A stretch of DNA of 63,830 bases, filler included, from Reclinomonas americana ATCC 50394 (taxonomy: Eukaryota), in the NCBI GenBank assembly GCA_048213135.1. It is 6 parts of 5 records of this genome, joined end to end, with 100 filler letters (N's around TTAATTAATTAA, not from the genome) between each part and the next. Parts side by side here need not be neighbours in the genome. Positions count along the whole stretch, not along the records: positions 61,882 to 63,830 come from PS015451.1; 5 more parts are not named here. The stretch is one strand, 5' to 3'. Below the pieces are notes generated by a model. It ran no database searches and was not told the DNA's origin. It worked only from the letters and a program-made list of their open reading frames with translations. The position numbers were made by a program, and so were the translations under genes. This document shows positions 63,083-63,830 of this stretch, in pieces (the stretch's first letter is position 1; each line of letters begins with the position of its first letter).

Positions 63083-63687
63083 AGCAGTGGGAGGAGCGGG
63101 AGAAGGGAGGATGGAGGGAGAAGGGGGAAAGGGGGAAAGGGGGAAAGGGGGGAAGAGAGGGAGGGAGGGAGGGAGGAGGGAAAGAAGTGGCTTTGTTTGC
63201 CTTCTGCTGAGCATCCGTGCTGATGTGGGCCTTCTCTCTCTTGTTTCGTTATTCTTCATCACCGATGACTCCTTGTTTTTGCGCCGGACCCGGCTGTGCT
63301 TTGTTTTGCTTCGGTCTCGGACTTCTGCTTCGTGCACATGCGTTCGCTTGCAACGCCACTGCCAATGTGAGCGTTTTCTCTCTCTCTCAGTCTCTCTTTC
63401 TCTCTTTCTTTCTTCTTTTCTTCGTGTGACGACTTCTTTGCTCTTGCTCGCCAGAACTGGCTGTGCATTGTTTGTTTGGTCATGGAATTCTCCTGGGCGC
63501 CCATGCAAGCGCGTATTCTGTCAAGTTTCTCTCTCTCTCTCATTCTTTCTTCATTCTTTTTTCGCCAGCTCAACCTCATGAGCACTGACGACTCCGTTGC
63601 TTTTGCTTGTCGGACTTATTTGCTTTGGTTCTGGACTTCTGCTGGGCGCCCATGCAAGTGCGCCTGCGGCGCCGCTGCTGATATGGG

Positions 63688-63691
<4 letters not shown>

Positions 63692-63754
<63 letters not shown>

Positions 63755-63760
63755 CTCTCT

Positions 63761-63830
<70 letters not shown>
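63692..63830. repeat. Imperfect (CT)n microsatellite
   Basis: CT run to the window end. Confidence 0.95.

Overview
Gene-dense eukaryotic (protist-like) draft scaffold, GC-rich, with many short spliceosomal introns (mostly about 55-130 nt) often filled with CA/CT microsatellites, many N gaps and five artificial N-TTAATTAATTAA-N spacers. The standard genetic code fits the conserved genes. I traced about 26 gene models by eye. Recognisable products: GH27 alpha-galactosidase, histones H2B and H4, kinesin-9 (KIF6-like), COMMD4, a Chorein-N/BLTP3-like protein, WDR26, a LEA-like protein, an FkbM/METTL24-like methyltransferase, a BTB-BACK-Kelch protein, a ChrR-type cupin, CCT4, inorganic pyrophosphatase, MGAT1 and a calmodulin-like protein. 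Top findings: (1) a ~657-aa, six-exon CD-NTase/SMODS-like nucleotidyltransferase fused to an unrecognised region and a C-terminal tail anchor (46645-49013, minus), head-to-head with a RhoGAP-SH3 protein lacking its arginine finger; (2) more than 20 introns use a +1-shifted donor class (GTTGCGT/GTTGAGT); (3) a putatively myristoylated NACHT-pentapeptide-WD40 NLR-like receptor. Exon structures and family calls come from manual translation and remembered motifs; no database search was run.
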